Source of the DNA: Pavona decussata
Lineage: Eukaryota
Direction: 5' to 3'
Length of the DNA: 64,000 nt
NCBI GenBank assembly: GCA_977016875.1
Contig: CDRNST010000085.1
Span: 2,852,001 to 2,916,000, forward strand
Below the pieces are notes generated by a model that saw nothing but the letters and a program-made list of their open reading frames with translations, was not told where the DNA came from and did no database searches. Made by a program: the position numbers and the translations under genes. Shown piece by piece: positions 61,801-64,000 of this stretch (its first letter is position 1; every line of letters begins with the position of its first letter).

Positions 61801-63861
61801 AAAAATCCTGTTCCATTCAATTCCCACCCGAAATTTTCGAAAATTTCGTCGAATGGAAAGCGCCCTAGGTTTGGGTGTCTGCTGGAATAGGATATGATTG
61901 TCACTTGATTTTTGCCTTTATTTAAAACTATCATTTTTGATTCTTTGCCAGCATTTGGTTGCCCAATAATATTCTACACACAAAAACCACTGCTTCCAGA
62001 CAATAGCTGCTAGCATACAAGTACATCATGACAACGTCCAAAAATGGCAGCATGTAGGCAAAATGAAGTGAAACTCTGATTATGGCTTCCCCAATGCAAG
62101 CCTCACCTGTTGGCAGGTCTGTTGTCAGTTTCAGCTGCAGCAGCAGTGGATGCACCAGCAGCTGCCGATGGACCAGCACCAGCACCAGCACCTACTGCTC
62201 CTGTTCCACCACTGCTTCCTCTCGCCCACGCGCCATACCCTCTGCCGCCTGGTCCAAGAGAGATGTTTTCAGAATCCACAGGGCGCTGTAAAAAATACAC
62301 TCATTTAGTTCTGGTGTCAAATGGGCCTAATAATGCAAATTTATTTTTCAAAGAATTTGATTTTAGCAACAGTTCTAAGCCTGTGAAAAGTGAAAGCAAA
62401 TGTAAGACTTTGGTTATTTAAATATACACGACAAATATTGTTATTTAAAATATGGCAAGAGGGCAAAGAAAAATAGAAAAAAAACAGACAAAGCACTCTT
62501 TTAAAATATTTCCAGCACCAGTAGTTATTCTTTTTTTGTCTTACAGAGCACCAAACACTATGTTTGGATGTGGCCATGTTGAAAGGCGAAAGTTTAAATT
62601 GTTTCACAATGCAGAAAGCCACACCTGAAACTTTAATGGAACAAGGCAGCAAGGCACAAATAGAACAGTCAAGCAATTCTACTCACCTTAATGTTTTGGA
62701 ACTTCTTTGGGTCTACACTAACATTCCTGGGCCCTCTGCCCACAGTGGTCCAGGTTTCATCGGCCTGGGGAATGGATCCTGGTCGAGGACTGTCACGACC
62801 GCCCATGTTCCCTGAACAAGAGCAAAAAAAAAAAAAAAAAAGACGGTTGTTTAGAGCAAAAGCACTGCAGGAAATCACCACACACCATGCTAACATACCA
62901 GCTTAGAGACTGAATAATCCACAGGAAAGAAGGAAAACTATAACAATCAATTTGTAGTCTATTCCCTGAAGAGCACAAAAAACGGTTGTTTAGAGCAAAA
63001 GCACTGTAGGAAATCACCACACACAATGTTATCATACCAGCTTAGAGACTGAATAATCCACAGGAAAGAAAGAAAACTATTACATTCAATTTGCAGTCTA
63101 TTTTTTCATGTACATCGGGCTTGTTGGAAGAGGGAGGGCACCTATTAACCCCTGTCTAGCCTGGTGTGGGTTTTTTTGTTCTCTTCATGAGCTTTGGGGT
63201 ACAGGACAGTGAAACCTGTATATAACAGCCACCCTCTGGACTTTACAAACTGAACTGGCCACTTGAAAAATTCAGGACTGAAACTGGCCTCTTAATAGAA
63301 AATGGTTGCTGAATACAGGACTGTTTTATACAGGTTCCACTCTACAGTAAATAGACAGAAAAAAAAGCAGAGGGAAACATTATTAAGTGTTACTTTATAG
63401 ATAAAAAATTTTCAAATTCAATAATTATTTCATAACGAGTGGTATAGTTGGGGGCAAGGGGATTATTAGAAAGGAGCCCTTATATAGGGAGGGAGCTAAA
63501 TAGAGTAAAATACTATGGCATAATCAGGACTTGAACAATTGGCTCCACAAGGAAAATATGTGTAGCTGTTAATTAATTATGACCACATTTTTATAACCAA
63601 ATGGGATCCACTGTACTCGCCTCTACTAGATAGTTTCTTGTCTTGTTTAGCCATCTGTATCATCATCTGTGTCTTCTTAGCTTGGTCAGCAGCCTCTTTG
63701 TGAATCTGATCAATGGTCTTGGGGTTGTTGTCCTCCCGGCGAGGCACCCAGTCATTGTTACGTAAATCCACAATGTCCTGCATCATGAATCTCACACGAG
63801 ACGAGGTTATCCTTGCCTGGATTATTTTGTTGATCTGATGGAAGTACTGGTCAACTCTTGG
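53903..63861 (-). CDS. EIF4G: Eukaryotic translation initiation factor 4 gamma (eIF4G1/3-like), 3' 12 exons; 5' part lies beyond the window
   Basis: Exons 63861-63621, 62811-62687, 62285-62107, 61367-61187, 60637-60449, 59930-59758, 57706-57502, 56987-56889, 56325-56197, 55505-55421, 54852-54706, 54081-53903 splice in frame. Motifs: [31 protein letters not shown] (MIF4G end), SIVDEYL..DVKEA and [13 protein letters not shown] (MA3), [26 protein letters not shown] (W2). Confidence 0.95.
54706..54852 (-). CDS. EIF4G: eIF4G exon, W2
   Basis: [49 protein letters not shown]|gtatag. Confidence 0.9.
55015..55346. mobile_element. MITE containing compound (GAT)n(AAT)n(CAT)n and (AAAT)n microsatellites and a LINE 3'-end fragment
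   Basis: TIR-like CACGGCGGCCATGTTGGAG / CTCCAATATGGCCGCCGC; internal repeats seen directly. Confidence 0.7.
55421..55505 (-). CDS. EIF4G: eIF4G exon, W2
   Basis: [28 protein letters not shown]|gtaatt. Confidence 0.88.
56197..56325 (-). CDS. EIF4G: eIF4G exon, W2 start
   Basis: [33 protein letters not shown]|gtaagt. Confidence 0.88.
56889..56987 (-). CDS. EIF4G: eIF4G exon
   Basis: [33 protein letters not shown]|gtatgt; 99 nt, phase 0-0. Confidence 0.85.
57502..57706 (-). CDS. EIF4G: eIF4G exon, MA3
   Basis: [34 protein letters not shown]|gtgagt. Confidence 0.9.
58267..58853. mobile_element. TTAA-flanked (Kolobok-like) MITE with long imperfect TIRs
   Basis: TTAA-AGTGCCTATGAAGC ... GCTTCATAGGCACT-TTAA; inner TGACGTCACGTTGGTGCCAA / TTGGCACCAACGTGACGTCA. 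Confidence 0.88.
59758..59930 (-). CDS. EIF4G: eIF4G exon, MA3
   Basis: [58 protein letters not shown]|gtatgt. Confidence 0.9.
60060..60178. mobile_element. Small Harbinger-like MITE
   Basis: GGGCCCAGTTGCTCGAAGCATGGTTAGCGCTAACC ... GGTTAGCGCTAACCATGCTTCGAGCAACTCAGCCC. Confidence 0.85.
60449..60637 (-). CDS. EIF4G: eIF4G exon, MA3 start
   Basis: [33 protein letters not shown]|gtgggt. Confidence 0.9.
61187..61367 (-). CDS. EIF4G: eIF4G exon, linker
   Basis: (R)[25 protein letters not shown]|gtttgt. Confidence 0.88.
61549..61865. mobile_element. PIF/Harbinger MITE with 3-bp TAG target duplication
   Basis: TAG-GGGCGCTTTCCATTC ... GAATGGAAAGCGCCC-TAG; related remnant at ~52925-53150. Confidence 0.88.
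62107..62285 (-). CDS. EIF4G: eIF4G exon, Gly/Ala-rich linker
   Basis: [32 protein letters not shown]|gtgagg. Confidence 0.88.
62687..62811 (-). CDS. EIF4G: eIF4G exon, linker
   Basis: [42 protein letters not shown]|gtgagt. Confidence 0.88.
63206..63341. mobile_element. Short Tigger-like MITE
   Basis: CAGTGAAACCTGTATATAACAG ... CTGTTTTATACAGGTTCCACT. Confidence 0.65.
63621..63861 (-). CDS. EIF4G: eIF4G exon, MIF4G C-terminal part
   Basis: cag|[61 protein letters not shown]; probable GC donor AG|GCGAGT. Confidence 0.9.
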
Positions 63862-64000
63862 CTGGAAATAACAAACATAAATTTTAAAAAATACTGCTAA
63901 GCACAGTTACACTGTAAACTGGCTTGGAACAAGACAAACTCCAGACAAGAGAAGGTAGATTTTACTGCTTAACTGGCTCCTTCCTCTTGTTTCATTTTTC

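Overview
Eukaryotic, AT-rich, intron- and repeat-rich DNA. The repeat content and genes suggest a cnidarian, probably a stony coral (inference). There are two assembly gaps (5696-5889, 12771-12920). Two protein-coding genes can be rebuilt by hand from splice sites and exon phases. (1) A + strand 14-exon gene (4957-30836, ~637 aa if all intact exons are used) encodes a short N-terminal tail, one signal-anchor helix, 10 calcium-binding EGF domains and a C-terminal F5/8 type C (discoidin) domain. Eight of its EGF exons lie in a young ~2-kb four-copy tandem array that also carries broken EGF pseudo-exons. (2) The 3' part (12 exons, 53903-63861, - strand) of eIF4G covers the end of MIF4G plus MA3 and W2, with a probable GC-AG intron and a duplicated out-of-frame acceptor. 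The rest is MITEs (many with TTAA target duplications), SINEs, an R4/Dong-like LINE end and two decayed Penelope-like elements. It also holds two minimal hammerhead ribozyme motifs (one intact-looking), a perfect 108-bp palindrome, and an unexplained AT-rich ~9-kb island (41-50 kb) with a degenerate satellite, clustered E2F-type motifs and decayed ORFs. No CRISPR array, rRNA or genuine tRNA gene was seen. All calls are by eye, without database searches.
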